NCBI GenBank assembly: GCA_036172245.1
Contig: JAYWIR010000039.1
Coordinates: 248,001-312,000, forward strand
Length of the DNA stretch: 64,000 nt
Direction of reading: 5' to 3'
Source: Raillietiella orientalis
Lineage: Eukaryota
In this document: positions 63,622 to 64,000 of the stretch, piece after piece
Numbering within the stretch: the first letter of the stretch is position 1
Layout of the letters: every line of letters starts with the position of its first letter
Position numbers and translations under genes: made by a program
The notes under the pieces: model-generated
Told to the model about the DNA's origin: nothing
Databases searched by the model: none
Seen by the model: only the letters and a program-made list of their open reading frames with translations

Positions 63622-64000
63622 GTAAGAGAGGGGCTGATCCTCGGAGGTTCCCCGCCCACGCGCACGATGCGCCCTCCACCCTGGGGATGCCGCGAGATGC
63701 GTCGGCGACTGCTCAGTGTGGCGGGTTCCGGAATCTCTCCCGCGAGCGGATTGCGAGGGGAAACGGACCTCCTCCTTTTGGTTCCTGGCGGCGCCTCCAG
63801 CGCCGTGGCCTCCAGGCCTTCCTCCCCATCCGGGAACATTCCCCCGGCCTTCGGGAACTTCGACCAGCGGGAGAGGCGCGAGGATGCTGGAATGGAGCTC
63901 CCGGAGACACCGAGAGGAGGATCGCCACGTTTCCATCGCGCGCGGCGTGGATCCGCGACTTCTGAGACGAGCCCCGCCGGTCGCGACGGGAGCCTCGGAA

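Noticed and set aside
1..64000. CRISPR arrays, rRNA, intact tRNA, prokaryotic operons or defence systems
   Set aside because: No regularly spaced repeat-spacer array or RNA gene seen; spliceosomal introns show eukaryotic origin.

Overview
Eukaryotic (metazoan, probably arthropod-like) genomic DNA, not prokaryotic. Two spliced protein genes can be reconstructed by eye. One is a complete Atg1/ULK (unc-51) kinase gene (13392-16978, +; 14-15 exons, mostly 38-65 nt introns, about 803-816 aa) in an AT-richer island at about 11-20 kb. The other is the first five exons of an SLC5/SSF sodium:solute symporter (58061-63621, +), which runs off the window. Most of the remaining sequence is GC-rich, and much of it is repeat-derived. 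It contains at least nine mostly 5'-truncated copies of two related subfamilies of a non-LTR (L1/Tx1-like) retrotransposon. Copies that retain the region encode a C-x2-C-x7-H-x4-C zinc finger, and eight end in AATAAA plus a conserved GC stem-loop plus GAA instead of a long poly(A). Four copies have visible 11-13 bp target-site duplications, and two are inserted antisense inside older relatives. A C(UUCG)G-tetraloop-rich repeat seems to be the 5' part of the same element, and degenerate RT fragments are present. There is also a 426 bp near-perfect inverted repeat, long direct and inverted duplications, purine-rich minisatellite-like tracts and a possible unrecognised multi-exon gene at 17.2-19.9 kb. 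Most ORFs in the supplied track look spurious. All calls are manual; no database searches were run.
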